Translations under genes and position numbers: made by a program
DNA from: an uncultured delta proteobacterium
Lineage (GTDB): Bacteria; Myxococcota; UBA727; VGSZ01
Assembly (NCBI GenBank): GCA_963775425.1
Contig: CAVZJB010000016.1
Span: 1,120,001 to 1,184,000, forward strand
Direction: 5' to 3'
DNA: 64,000 nucleotides
The notes under the pieces: generated by a model
The model's database searches: none
The model's input: the letters and a program-made list of their open reading frames with translations, nothing else
What the model was told of the DNA's origin: nothing
Part shown: piece by piece, positions 50,924-60,845 of the stretch
Numbering within the stretch: position 1 is the stretch's first letter
Layout of the letters: each line of letters opens with the position of its first letter

Positions 50924-51757
50924 GTGGTGAAGCTCGCCGTTGCGGTCGCGGCTGCGGCGCTGGCGGTGGCGGTGTCTCCATCTCCTCCGGCGGCCGAGGC
51001 GTCGCCGGAGGCCATGGTCGCGTGGCCGGAGCCCGTCGTCCGGGTGGTGGACCTCGGGCGGCGCTTCGCGGCGGTGGACGTGGCGTGGCTGAGGACCGTG
51101 CAGATGATCGGCGACGACGACGCCGCGCGCGCGCACTATCCGCACCTCGAGGACTGGATCGACCTCGAGACACGGCTCGACGAGAAGTTCGCGGTCGCAT
51201 ACGCCTTCGGCGCCATCCTGTTGACCACGGACGCGGCGCGCGCCGACAAGGTCGACGAGATGCTCGCGCGAGGCGAGCGGGCCATGCCCGAGGACTTCAC
51301 CCTCTCGCAGTATCGCGGCTTCCTCGCGTACTTCGGCCGCCTCGACCCCATCGCGGCCGCCGAGCACTATGAAAAGGCGGCCCAGAAGGGCGGGCCCCGG
51401 TGGTACGCGCAGTTCGCCGCGCGCTTGCGCAAGCAGGGCGTCGAGTGCGAGGCCGTGCTCGCGAACCTCCAGGAGGTCTACAACGAGAGCAACGAGAGCA
51501 ACGAGAGCAAGTCGTCGTATCAAGCCGAAGCGATGAAGAGCGAGCGCGCGCATATCTTCGAGGCCTGTTGGAAAAAGACCATCGAGCTGGCCGCCACCAA
51601 GTTCCGGATGCAGAAGAGCGCCAACGCCACCGACGTCAAACAGCTCGTCGACGGGGGCTACCTCGGGCAGGTGTGGCAGCCGCACGGGATGTGCTGGCAG
51701 TTGTCCCACGAGCGCGCCACCCTCGCCCCCTGCCCCACGAACGGGGGCGGCCCGTGA
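50924..51757 (+). CDS. pilG: PilG-like pilus accessory protein (myxobacterial type)
   Basis: Lies between pilA and the ABC genes; DVAWLRTVQ...LDEKF..AY.FG...RGERAMP and TPR-like AAEHYEKAA. Confidence 0.7.
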   Translation: MVKLAVAVAAAALAVAVSPSPPAAEASPEAMVAWPEPVVRVVDLGRRFAAVDVAWLRTVQMIGDDDAARAHYPHLEDWIDLETRLDEKFAVAYAFGAILLTTDAARADKVDEMLARGERAMPEDFTLSQYRGFLAYFGRLDPIAAAEHYEKAAQKGGPRWYAQFAARLRKQGVECEAVLANLQEVYNESNESNESKSSYQAEAMKSERAHIFEACWKKTIELAATKFRMQKSANATDVKQLVDGGYLGQVWQPHGMCWQLSHERATLAPCPTNGGGP

Positions 51758-52656
51758 GCGACAACGCCATCGAGGTCCGGGACCTGCAGAAGAGCATCGC
51801 CGTCGGCTTCTGGGGCACCAAGAAGTCCCTCCTCGACGGCGTGAGCCTCACCGTCGCCCGCGGCGCCACCGTCGGCTTCGTCGGCCCGAACGGCGCGGGG
51901 AAGTCCACGACCATCAAGCACCTCATCGGCGGCGCGCGCCCGACGCGCGGCTCGGTCGAGGTCTTCGGCGGCGATCCCCGCTCACCCGCGGTGCGGCGAC
52001 GCTTCGGCTACATGCCCGAGCTCCCGTCGCTGCCGCCGACGCTGACGCCGCGCGAGATGATGAACCTGCACGCCTCCCTCTGCGGCGCCGGCCGCGACCG
52101 CGTGGGCGCGCTCCTGGAGCGCGTCGATCTCGCGGCGCGCGCGCGCGATCGCCTCGGAAGCTTCTCGAAGGGCATGCAGACCCGCCTGAGCCTGGCGCTC
52201 GCGTTGCTGCACCAGCCCGACCTGCTCATCCTCGACGAGCCGATGAGCGGCCTCGACCCCGTCGGGCGCCACCTCGTGCGGGAGATCCTGCGCGAGCACG
52301 CGGCCGCGGGGCGCACCATCTTCTTCTCGTCACACGTGCTCTCCGACGTCGAAGCCCTCTGCGACCACGTGGTGGCCATCCGGCAGGGTCGCGTCGTCTA
52401 CACGGGCAGCGCGGCGCAGGCGCTCGGCGAGGAGATCGACGCCTGGACCGTGCGCGTGCGCATGGACAAGGAGCCCTCCGGTGTACGCGAGGCGCGCCGC
52501 GAGGGTGACACGTGGCTCGCCGTCGTCGACGGCAAAGACGGTCTCGCGGCCGCGTCTTCCCTCAAGGACCAGGGCGGCGTGGTGCTCTCGCTCGAGCCGC
52601 GGCGCGCGAGCCTGGAGGAGCGGCTGATGGAGCTCCTCGGCGGGGGTGCGTCGTGA
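51754..52656 (+). CDS. pilH: ABC transporter ATP-binding protein (PilH-like)
   Basis: GPNGAGKST, FSKGMQ, LDEPMSGLDP and FFSSH motifs; GTG 51754; synteny with Myxococcus pilA-G-H-I. Confidence 0.85.
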   Translation: MSDNAIEVRDLQKSIAVGFWGTKKSLLDGVSLTVARGATVGFVGPNGAGKSTTIKHLIGGARPTRGSVEVFGGDPRSPAVRRRFGYMPELPSLPPTLTPREMMNLHASLCGAGRDRVGALLERVDLAARARDRLGSFSKGMQTRLSLALALLHQPDLLILDEPMSGLDPVGRHLVREILREHAAAGRTIFFSSHVLSDVEALCDHVVAIRQGRVVYTGSAAQALGEEIDAWTVRVRMDKEPSGVREARREGDTWLAVVDGKDGLAAASSLKDQGGVVLSLEPRRASLEERLMELLGGGAS

Positions 52657-53444
52657 GCGAGCGCGGCCGCTCCTTCCAGTCGCTGATCGGACGCGTGCTC
52701 GTGGTGGCATGGACCGGCTTTTTGCAGCTCGTGCGGACGCGCGTGTACCTCAACATCCTCGTCGCCGGCATCGCGCTCGTCGGCGCCGCCTTCGTGTTCG
52801 ACCGCCTCTCCGCGGGCGAGGGCGGGCGCGTGCTGATGGACGTCGGCTGCGCCTTCATCTCCCTCGTGGTCGCCGCGCTCGCCGCCACCATTGCCATCAC
52901 CGGCGTCACCCGCGAGATCGAGACCAAGCAGGCGCACCTCATGTTGGCGCGCCCGGTGGGGCGCGCGGAATTCGTGGTGGGCCGCTTCCTGACCACCGCC
53001 ATGCTCGTGGTGCTCACCAACGCGGTCCTCGGGCTCCTCTTGACCGGCCTGATCGTGGGGGTGGCCGGGCCGCAGCCGTGGCTCGCGGTGGGCGCTTGCC
53101 TGTTCGCGAGCTTCGAGGGCTTCATCGTCGCCGCCGTCGCGACGTTCTTCGGCGTGGGCTCCTCGTCGACGATGAGCGCGGTGTTCACCGTCACCATCTT
53201 CGTGCTCGGCCGGCTCACGGGCGAGATGCAGCTCCTCGTCGACCACGGCACGTTCAAGGTGGCGACGCCGCTTTTGCGGGTGGTGCACGCGGTGCTGCCT
53301 CACCTGACCGCGTTCGACCTCACCCCGCTGTACCACGGAGCGCCCACGGCGCCGCTGCTCACGAGCGCGCTCTACGGGTGCCTCTATGCCGTCGCGTTCC
53401 TCGCTGCGGCGGCCTTCCGGTTCTCCCGCCGCGACCTTCTCTGA
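52653..53444 (+). CDS. pilI: ABC-2 permease (PilI-like)
   Basis: Six TM segments; REIETK...LARPVGRAEFVVGRF; ends FSRRDLL. Confidence 0.82.
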   Translation: MSERGRSFQSLIGRVLVVAWTGFLQLVRTRVYLNILVAGIALVGAAFVFDRLSAGEGGRVLMDVGCAFISLVVAALAATIAITGVTREIETKQAHLMLARPVGRAEFVVGRFLTTAMLVVLTNAVLGLLLTGLIVGVAGPQPWLAVGACLFASFEGFIVAAVATFFGVGSSSTMSAVFTVTIFVLGRLTGEMQLLVDHGTFKVATPLLRVVHAVLPHLTAFDLTPLYHGAPTAPLLTSALYGCLYAVAFLAAAAFRFSRRDLL

Positions 53445-56319
53445 CGGTGGTGTTCGCCAGGCTGCGCTCGGCGCCCATGGCCGCGCGGTGCGCGCCCGGC
53501 GCGGGGACGAGCGACGCGAGGCTCGGCGGCGCCTCCACCAGCTCCTGCAGCGCGGGGAGCACGATGCGATCCGTCGGCCACGGGTCCCGCGAGCTCGCGT
53601 CCATGGCCTTGTCGAGGAGGCCCGCGAGCTCCGCGTCGCGCCCGTCCGAGAGCGCCGCGCGCACGCGCACCCAGGCGGCGTCGGCGACGAAGCCGGCGGC
53701 GGTGGCGTGATCGGCGAGGTCGTTGAACGCCGTGCGATCGTCCTCGTGGATCTCGGAGCGCGCGGCGGCGAACGCGAGGGTCTCGACGTCGTCGAGCGGC
53801 TCCTGCATCGCCGAGAACGCCGCCACGCTCTCGCGGGCGCGGCCCGCAGACCAGAGCATGAGCGGCGTGGGCAGCGCGGCCGTGAGCGGGTCGGGCGGCA
53901 CCTGGTTGCGCCACACGAAGGGCCGCCCGCGCTGCGCGTCGACCTTGCGCCAGTCGATGGCGCCGCGCACCGTGGGCCGATCGCGCAGGTTGGCGTCGGC
54001 GAGCGCCTGCAGGTCCGCGCGCGCGTCGGACCGTCGCGTCGCTCGCGCGAAGAGGAACTCGAGGCGCGGGAGGTCGTCGGTGTTGAGGTCGTCGCCGTCA
54101 CCGCGCGCGAGGCGCGTGAGCGTGACGTCCGACGCGATGTGCAGCGCGAGCACGCCCTCGGCGCCGGTGACGCCGAAGAGCCGACGGAAGGCGGTGCGGT
54201 ACGGCTCGGTCTGCACGAGGGCGTCGAGGGCGGCCGTGTCCCAGACCTGCGGCGCCTTGGTGGCGACGATGAGCATGTCGCCCGCGCCGAGCTGCCACGC
54301 CGACAGGCTCGGGAAGACGCTCTTGAGCGTGGCGAGCACGAGGCGCATGGCCGCCGGGTCGATCTCGTCGCTTTGGAGGCGCTGGCCGAACACGCCGCCG
54401 TCGTGGAGCTTGTCGTAGACCGACGCGTAGAACTCACGCGAGGTGAAGCTCGCGACCCCTGCGTTCTCGTTGCCTGACGGCTCGGAGAGCACCAGGTCGT
54501 AGCGCTCGTGCGTGACCGCGAGCAGCTCGCGGCCGTCGGCGATGTGCACCCGCACCTTGGGATTTTCGAGCGCGCGCTGGTTGGTCGGGTCGCACCGTTG
54601 CGCGAAGCGCCGCATCGCGGGCTCCACCTCGGCGACGTCGACGCGCTCCATGCTCGGCAGCGCGCCGAGCCACCCGGCGGTCTGCCCGCTGCCGAGCCCG
54701 ATGACGAACGCGGTGCGCGGCGCTCCGAAGAGCGCCGCGGGGATGAGGCCGACGCCGACGCCCGCGGGCGCGTCGACGACCGCCTCGTCCTCGTCCGCGC
54801 CGTCGACGGCGACCGTCGCGCCGCGGCCGCGCGCGGCCGGGCCGTGCGCCATCAGGCACACGAGGGTGCAGGCGGTGAGCACGGAGACGAGCGCGAGGCG
54901 TGGGCGCTCCGACGTCGCGCGGCCGGGATCCTGCGAGCGGAGGGAGCGGCCGCGCTGGAACACCGCGACGACGGCGACGACGCCGGCGAGCGCGACGAGG
55001 GCCGCGGCGCTCGCGCGCCACAGGCCCACGGCGTCCACCACGGGGAGGAGCGCGAAGCCGCCGGAGAGCGAGCCCGCGATGGAGCCCAACGTGTTGGCGG
55101 CGTAGACCTCGCCGCTGTCCTTGCCCACCTCGCGCGCCGCCCGGCCCTTCAGCGACAAGAGCATCGGGAATTGGTAGCCGGCGACGACGGCCGCCGGCAT
55201 GACGAGCAACGCCGTGACCATCGTCCAGCTCAGGATGAGGAGCGGGAAGCTCCCGCGGCCCCACGTGGTCGCGAGCACGGCGAAGCGCGACAGCTCGTCG
55301 CCGGCGGCGTAGGGCACCAGCAGCACGAGGGCCTCGAGCGCGCAGGTGACCGCGAAACGCGAAGGCGTCGGCTCGCGCGGACCGGCGAACGCGTAGAGCA
55401 CGCCGCCGATACCGACGCCGAACAGGGCGCAGGCGAGCACGAGGCCGAACGTGTACGTGGAGCCGCCGAGGAGCGGAGCGGCGACGCGGTACCACACGAG
55501 CTCGGCGAGCAGGAACACGAAGCCCGTGAGGAACGCGGCCGCCAGCACCCACCGCGACGAGAACGCAAACCTGCGCTTCTCCTCGGGCGGCGCCGGCGCG
55601 GGCGCGATGACGGGATCGAGCGCCTTGCCACACGCGCGCGCGAGCAGACCGATCACGGCGTTGACGAGGCACGCGAGCCACAGGGTCTTGCGCGCGCCGT
55701 AGATCTCGAGGAGCGCGAACGTCGACAACAGCGCGCCGGCGACGGCGCCGAGCGTGTTGGTGCCGTACAGGAGCGAGAGGCCCTTGCGCCCGACGTCGGA
55801 CTCCGCGGTGACCGCGCGCGCAGCGGCCGGCAGCGTGCCGCCCATGAGGACGACGGGGACGCCGAGCACGAGCACCGACAGCAGCAGCCGCACGACGGTG
55901 GACGCGGCGCCGAGGCCCTCACTCCCGCCGGCGACGACGTAGGCCGCGCGCGCGGCGTCGAGGAGGAACGGCGTCACGGCCGCACCCGCGGCGACGCCGA
56001 GCTCGAGGTTGCCGTAGGTGACGAGAGGGCGCGCGGACCGCTCGACGCGACGGCCGAGCAGGAGCCCGCCGACGCCGAGGCCGCCCATGAAGATGGCGAG
56101 CACCGCCGCCGTCGACGGCGTCGACGCGCCGAAGATCAAACGAAACGCGCGCAGCCACACCGTCTGGTAGACGAGGCCGCACATGCCGCTCGCGAACAGA
56201 CACGCGGCGGCGATGGTGAGCGAACGCGAAGAGTTGCTCGGCGGTCGGCCGAAGCCTGAGGCGGGGGGCGACCAAGGACGCGACAAGCTCGCTTTGAATA
56301 TCCCATCCGGCGTCGACAA
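53359..56319 (-). CDS. Fused MFS-like membrane / spermidine-synthase-like (SAM-binding) protein
   Basis: ASGMCGLVYQTVW, LYGTNTLG, VIGLGSGQT, AEVEP, DGRE and YDLVLSEPS motifs; start uncertain; 3' end overlaps pilI by about 85 nt. Confidence 0.85.
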   Translation of the reverse strand: MSTPDGIFKASLSRPWSPPASGFGRPPSNSSRSLTIAAACLFASGMCGLVYQTVWLRAFRLIFGASTPSTAAVLAIFMGGLGVGGLLLGRRVERSARPLVTYGNLELGVAAGAAVTPFLLDAARAAYVVAGGSEGLGAASTVVRLLLSVLVLGVPVVLMGGTLPAAARAVTAESDVGRKGLSLLYGTNTLGAVAGALLSTFALLEIYGARKTLWLACLVNAVIGLLARACGKALDPVIAPAPAPPEEKRRFAFSSRWVLAAAFLTGFVFLLAELVWYRVAAPLLGGSTYTFGLVLACALFGVGIGGVLYAFAGPREPTPSRFAVTCALEALVLLVPYAAGDELSRFAVLATTWGRGSFPLLILSWTMVTALLVMPAAVVAGYQFPMLLSLKGRAAREVGKDSGEVYAANTLGSIAGSLSGGFALLPVVDAVGLWRASAAALVALAGVVAVVAVFQRGRSLRSQDPGRATSERPRLALVSVLTACTLVCLMAHGPAARGRGATVAVDGADEDEAVVDAPAGVGVGLIPAALFGAPRTAFVIGLGSGQTAGWLGALPSMERVDVAEVEPAMRRFAQRCDPTNQRALENPKVRVHIADGRELLAVTHERYDLVLSEPSGNENAGVASFTSREFYASVYDKLHDGGVFGQRLQSDEIDPAAMRLVLATLKSVFPSLSAWQLGAGDMLIVATKAPQVWDTAALDALVQTEPYRTAFRRLFGVTGAEGVLALHIASDVTLTRLARGDGDDLNTDDLPRLEFLFARATRRSDARADLQALADANLRDRPTVRGAIDWRKVDAQRGRPFVWRNQVPPDPLTAALPTPLMLWSAGRARESVAAFSAMQEPLDDVETLAFAAARSEIHEDDRTAFNDLADHATAAGFVADAAWVRVRAALSDGRDAELAGLLDKAMDASSRDPWPTDRIVLPALQELVEAPPSLASLVPAPGAHRAAMGAERSLANTTVREGRGGRTGRPPQRGTRRHRGTRRARS

Positions 56320-56352
56320 TCACGAAACCAACGCCGGCGGACACCGGGCGAG

Positions 56353-59300
56353 TCACCCGCCGATGGGGACGCAGGCACAGGTGCCCGGGTTGCAGGTGGT
56401 GGCGCCGGTGCACCCGTCGTTGCAGTTGGGGCCGCCGCAGTCGCAGCGGCAGTCGTCGAGGTTGGGGACGTGCGTGGCCGGACACGCCAGCGCGCCCGCA
56501 TCACACACGCAACCACACACCGACGGATCGTTGTCGAAGACGAAGCCGGGCGCGCAGGTGGCGCTCTCGACGCACTGGCAGGCGCAGACGGCGGGGTCGC
56601 TGTTGCACGTCGAGAACCCGCCGCACTGCCCGTTGCAGTCGGCGGCGCAGGTGGGCTCGCAGGTGGTGGTGTTGCAGGTCTGGGTGGGCGACAGGCTGCC
56701 CCCGCAGTCGGCCGGGCACTGGTAGGTGCAGTCCGAGCCGCAGACGAAGCTCGGGCCCGGCGGCGCGCCGGTGCACCCCCCGGGGGCGCAGGTCGGCGTG
56801 CACGTGGCCGGGTCGCAGACCTGGTTTCCGGCCAGCGGCGCGCCGGTGTTGCAGTCCGCGGGGCACGTGCAACTGCAGTCGGCGCTGTTGGTGTCGCAGA
56901 CGGCGCCGTTGGCGCAGCCGCCGCAGTCGGGGAGGCACTCCACCTGGCACTGCGCGTTGCAGGTCTGGCCCGGGGCGAGGCCGCCGGCGACGCCGCAGTC
57001 CGCCGGGCACTGGCACTGGTTGTTGGCGCCGCACACGAACGGCGGCTGGCAGTTGCAGGTGTTGTTGTTGCCGTCGGGGTCGGGGCTGTCCTCGATCCAG
57101 AAGCGGTACGAGACCGAGAAGGGCTGACCGACCTGGCTGTTGTCGAGCTTGGGACGGCAGGTGCCGAAGAACGTGATGCTGTTGGTGGCGCCGTCGTAGT
57201 CGAAGCCGTTGACGCGCGAGCGCGGGACGTCGTCGGTGTTGCAGGCCCCCTGCGTGGAGCCCGCCGGCAACGCCACCTTGATGGTGGCCGAGATGGGCGG
57301 CTTCTCGAGGACGTACGGCGACGACTGCGCGATGGACGCCTGGAGGATCTGCGCGATGGCGGCCTGGATCTTGGCCTGGTTGTCCGGGTCGTTGTTGTCC
57401 GGCAGCGCCGCCTCGATGCCGCCCATGGCGGACAGGAAGGTCTGCCAGCGGGTGTTCATGTAGTTGCCGTTTTCGTCGGTGCAGCCGGTGCCGGCCGGGC
57501 AGACGAGCCCACCGACGATGGCGCGGGACAACAGCGGGTCTCCCGCGCCGTCGAAGTTCTGGAAGTAGTTGACCCACGTGGGCACGGAGTGCGTGGCCAC
57601 CGCCTCGGTCTGGTTGCCCGCGACGTAGCGGCCGTCGCTCTGCTCGTTGGCGTCGGTGATGAAGATGACGACGAGCTGCGCGCCGGTGCGAAGCTTGTGC
57701 GCGTCGTTGGCGGCGCGCGGCAGGAGCGTGAACGGCGCAGGCGCCGCCGCGTACGTGACGTTCGCCGGGTACGGCGCGCGGTTGCCGTCGCGGCCGCATT
57801 GCTCGCCGTCGGCGGCGCCGCCGAGCTCACCGGTGCCGGTGAGGTTCTGATCGATGCCCGGACCGGAGACCGTGCGACCCGACAGACAGGCGAGCTGGCG
57901 GAAGAAGTTCTCCTCGCCGCTGCCGCCGGTGTTGAGCTGGTTGACGCACGTGGAGACGGTGGCGGCGTTGGTGGTGAACGGGCAGTACGTCTTCTGTCCG
58001 CCGCCGATGGAGCAACTGCCGGCGGCGCCGAGCTCGCAGGCCGCCCACGCGGCGGCGTTGTTGGTGAGCGAGTCTTGATCGCTCGACACCACGCCGATGC
58101 GGAAGTCCACGGAGGAGTTGGACAACTGCGAGCCGATCTGGGTGCCGGAGTTGGCGACCGCGGTCTGCTCGTTGTCCATGGAGCCGGAGTTGTCGATGAC
58201 GAGGAGGAAGTCGACCTTCTGCACGGGCTGCACCGTGAAGCGGTCGCACTGCACGCCGGTGTCGTCGCCGAACTGCGCGACCGCCGTGCCGTTGGCCATG
58301 TCGTCGACCTTGAAGCCCGCGCGCTCGACGGAGCCCACGCGCGACGTGGCGGCGAGCGAGACGACGACGATGGTGCTCGTGGCGGAGCGATCGAGGACCT
58401 CGACCTCCATGGTGTAGGGCCCGTGATCGGTGGAGCCGTTGGCGTCGAGGGTGCCGGTGGCGCCCGCCGAGAGCGCGTTGACGATGCGGTTGAGCGACGC
58501 CGCGGTGACGCCGTTTTGGCCGTCTGTCCAGGTGATGCGGCCGAGCGCGGCGTTGTTGCCTCCCGGCGAGTCCCACGACGGGAACGACTGGCTGGCGAAG
58601 GAGCCCACCGCGCCCACCGTGTTGAGGCGCGCTTCGATGGTGGCCATCTGCGCGGTGGCGTTGGCGCCCGCGACGTTGATCTTCATGGCCACGCCGGCGA
58701 CCTGATCGGTGGGATCGAACACCATGGCGCCGATCTGGTTGCCGCCCGCGTCCTTGAGCTCGGTGATGCGGTTCTGCGGGAAGTCGAGCGGGACCGCGAG
58801 GATGAGGTCGGCGGTCTGATCGGGGCGCGTGACGAGCGTGACGTCGCGGAGGTTCTCGATGCCGCACGCGGCGACGTCGGTGACGCCGACGTCGCCGGGG
58901 TCGTTGGGGTCGAGCTCGCCGGCGTCGACGGCGCCGTTCTGGTTGGCGTCCTCCGCGCCGTCGGGGAGGGTGTCGCCGTCGGTGTCGGCGTTGGTGGGGT
59001 CCGTGGTGGTGGACGGATCGGCGTCGACGACGCACGGCAGCGGCGCCCCTTGCGCGACGCACGCCGCGGCGGTCTGCGGATCGGTCCCGCCGACGCGACA
59101 GGTGGTGCCGGCCTCGACGCCGTCGAGGATGCCGTCGCCGTCGGTGTCGCGCTCGAGCGGGTTGGTGCCGTTGGCGACCTCCGCGCCGTCGGGGATGCCG
59201 TCGCAGTCGGTGTCGACGCTCAGGGGATCGGTCCCGTGCTGCACCTCGTCGCCGTCGTCGAGGCCATCGCCGTCGGTGTCGGCCTTGTTGGGGTCGGTGC

Positions 59301-60711
59301 CGAGCTGCGCCTCGACGTCGTCGCTGAGGCCGTCGCCGTCGGTGTCGACGTCGGGGATGCGCGGGTCGGTCTCGCCCGCGTCGACGATGCCGTTCCTGTT
59401 CAGGTCCTCGCCCGCGGTGCAGATGCCCGCGACGCTGGCGGGGCCGTCACAGATGCCGTCGAGGTCGGTGTCGGCGGCGCCGGGGTCCGTCTCCTGCACG
59501 CCGCCGCGGTTCGGCGGCGCGAGCGCGCCGTCCTGGTTCCTGTCCTCGGTGCCGTCGTTGATGCCGTCGCCGTCGGTGTCCGCGCGCAGCGGGTTGGTGG
59601 TGGTGCTCGGGTCCGCGTCGACGGGGACGCCGGTGCACGCGCTCCCGGGCACAGGGCCCGTCTTTCCGAGCTCGACGCCGTCGGTGAGCAAGTCGCCGTC
59701 GCTGTCACGCACGCGCGGGTTGGTGTGCGAGACGGTGATCTCCTCGAGGTCGGAGACGCCGTCGCAGTCGGTGTCGGGCTTGTTGGGATCGGTCTCGCCG
59801 GGATCGAGGACGCCGTTGATGTTGAGGTCCTCGCCGGCGACGCACACGCCCTGCACGGTGCCCGGACCGTCGCACAGGCCGTCGCCGTCGCTGTCGGGGT
59901 TGTTCGGGTCGGTGACGCCGTGGGCGGTCTCGAGGTCGTCGGGGATGCCGTCGCAATCGCTGTCGGGGTTGGGCGTGAACGGATCGGGGTCGACGCCGTC
60001 GGGGATGCCGTCGCCGTCGCTGTCCGGGTTGAGCGGATCGAGCTCGCCCGGGTCGACGACGCCGTTGTGGTTGACGTCCTCGGCGCCGTCGGAGAGGCCG
60101 TCGCCGTCGGTGTCCGCGGTGGCGGGGTCGGTCTCGCCGTTGTCGACGACGCCGTCGCAGCTCGCGTCCTCGGTGCCGTCGGGGATGCCGTCATGGTCGG
60201 AGTCGGTGGCGGCGGGATCGGTCTCACCGGGGTCGACGCGCCCGTTGACGTTTTTGTCCTCGACGCCGTCGGGGATGCAGTCGCCGTCGGTGTCGGCGGA
60301 GACGGGGCTCGTCGTGGTGCTCGGATCGGCGTCCGCCCACGTCGCCGGGCACTCGGCGTCGATGGCCGCAGTGCGCCCGGCTTCGACACCGTCGGCGATG
60401 CCGTCGCCGTCGCTGTCGTAGTTGCCCGGGTCGGTCCTTTGGCCGCCGGCGTAGACGGTGGTGAACTCCTCGAGGTCGGAGAGGCCGTCGCAATCGGAGT
60501 CGCGGGTGGCGTTGTCGGGGCTGTTGGGATCGGGGTCGCGGATGGGTTCGGTGGGCGGCGTCACATCGCCCTCACCTTCTCCCTCGCCCTCGCCTTCCCC
60601 TTCGCCGGTGTCGCCCTCGCCCTCGCCTTCACCCGGACCGTGGTTCGAACAATCGCAACTTGCGAACGGGATCACACCGAGCAACGCGGTGAGCAGAAAG
60701 AGGCGGGTCAT
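56353..60711 (-). CDS. cglD: CglD-like gliding-motility lipoprotein: GE linker, TSP3-type Ca-binding repeats, vWA domain, Cys-rich tail
   Basis: Lipobox FASC; many DxDxDGxxDxxE repeats; MIDAS VIDNSGSM and ITDANEQS; C-terminal CxC repeats. Confidence 0.75.
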   Translation of the reverse strand: MTRLFLLTALLGVIPFASCDCSNHGPGEGEGEGDTGEGEGEGEGEGEGDVTPPTEPIRDPDPNSPDNATRDSDCDGLSDLEEFTTVYAGGQRTDPGNYDSDGDGIADGVEAGRTAAIDAECPATWADADPSTTTSPVSADTDGDCIPDGVEDKNVNGRVDPGETDPAATDSDHDGIPDGTEDASCDGVVDNGETDPATADTDGDGLSDGAEDVNHNGVVDPGELDPLNPDSDGDGIPDGVDPDPFTPNPDSDCDGIPDDLETAHGVTDPNNPDSDGDGLCDGPGTVQGVCVAGEDLNINGVLDPGETDPNKPDTDCDGVSDLEEITVSHTNPRVRDSDGDLLTDGVELGKTGPVPGSACTGVPVDADPSTTTNPLRADTDGDGINDGTEDRNQDGALAPPNRGGVQETDPGAADTDLDGICDGPASVAGICTAGEDLNRNGIVDAGETDPRIPDVDTDGDGLSDDVEAQLGTDPNKADTDGDGLDDGDEVQHGTDPLSVDTDCDGIPDGAEVANGTNPLERDTDGDGILDGVEAGTTCRVGGTDPQTAAACVAQGAPLPCVVDADPSTTTDPTNADTDGDTLPDGAEDANQNGAVDAGELDPNDPGDVGVTDVAACGIENLRDVTLVTRPDQTADLILAVPLDFPQNRITELKDAGGNQIGAMVFDPTDQVAGVAMKINVAGANATAQMATIEARLNTVGAVGSFASQSFPSWDSPGGNNAALGRITWTDGQNGVTAASLNRIVNALSAGATGTLDANGSTDHGPYTMEVEVLDRSATSTIVVVSLAATSRVGSVERAGFKVDDMANGTAVAQFGDDTGVQCDRFTVQPVQKVDFLLVIDNSGSMDNEQTAVANSGTQIGSQLSNSSVDFRIGVVSSDQDSLTNNAAAWAACELGAAGSCSIGGGQKTYCPFTTNAATVSTCVNQLNTGGSGEENFFRQLACLSGRTVSGPGIDQNLTGTGELGGAADGEQCGRDGNRAPYPANVTYAAAPAPFTLLPRAANDAHKLRTGAQLVVIFITDANEQSDGRYVAGNQTEAVATHSVPTWVNYFQNFDGAGDPLLSRAIVGGLVCPAGTGCTDENGNYMNTRWQTFLSAMGGIEAALPDNNDPDNQAKIQAAIAQILQASIAQSSPYVLEKPPISATIKVALPAGSTQGACNTDDVPRSRVNGFDYDGATNSITFFGTCRPKLDNSQVGQPFSVSYRFWIEDSPDPDGNNNTCNCQPPFVCGANNQCQCPADCGVAGGLAPGQTCNAQCQVECLPDCGGCANGAVCDTNSADCSCTCPADCNTGAPLAGNQVCDPATCTPTCAPGGCTGAPPGPSFVCGSDCTYQCPADCGGSLSPTQTCNTTTCEPTCAADCNGQCGGFSTCNSDPAVCACQCVESATCAPGFVFDNDPSVCGCVCDAGALACPATHVPNLDDCRCDCGGPNCNDGCTGATTCNPGTCACVPIGG

Positions 60712-60785
60712 GTTTGGCTCCGCAACAAGGCCTTCAGTCTAGCCGCACGGCGAAACCCCGTCTCGCGAATCACGGGACGTGTCGG

Positions 60786-60808
60786 CGAGGGGGGGCAGCC
60801 CCCCCTCG
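60786..60808. promoter_or_regulatory. Perfect 10-bp inverted repeat in the divergent cglD/antiporter intergenic region
   Basis: CGAGGGGGGG-CAG-CCCCCCCTCG. Confidence 0.5.
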
Positions 60809-60845
60809 GGTACCGCGCAGCCGGGAATCGGGGTATTCGGCCACC

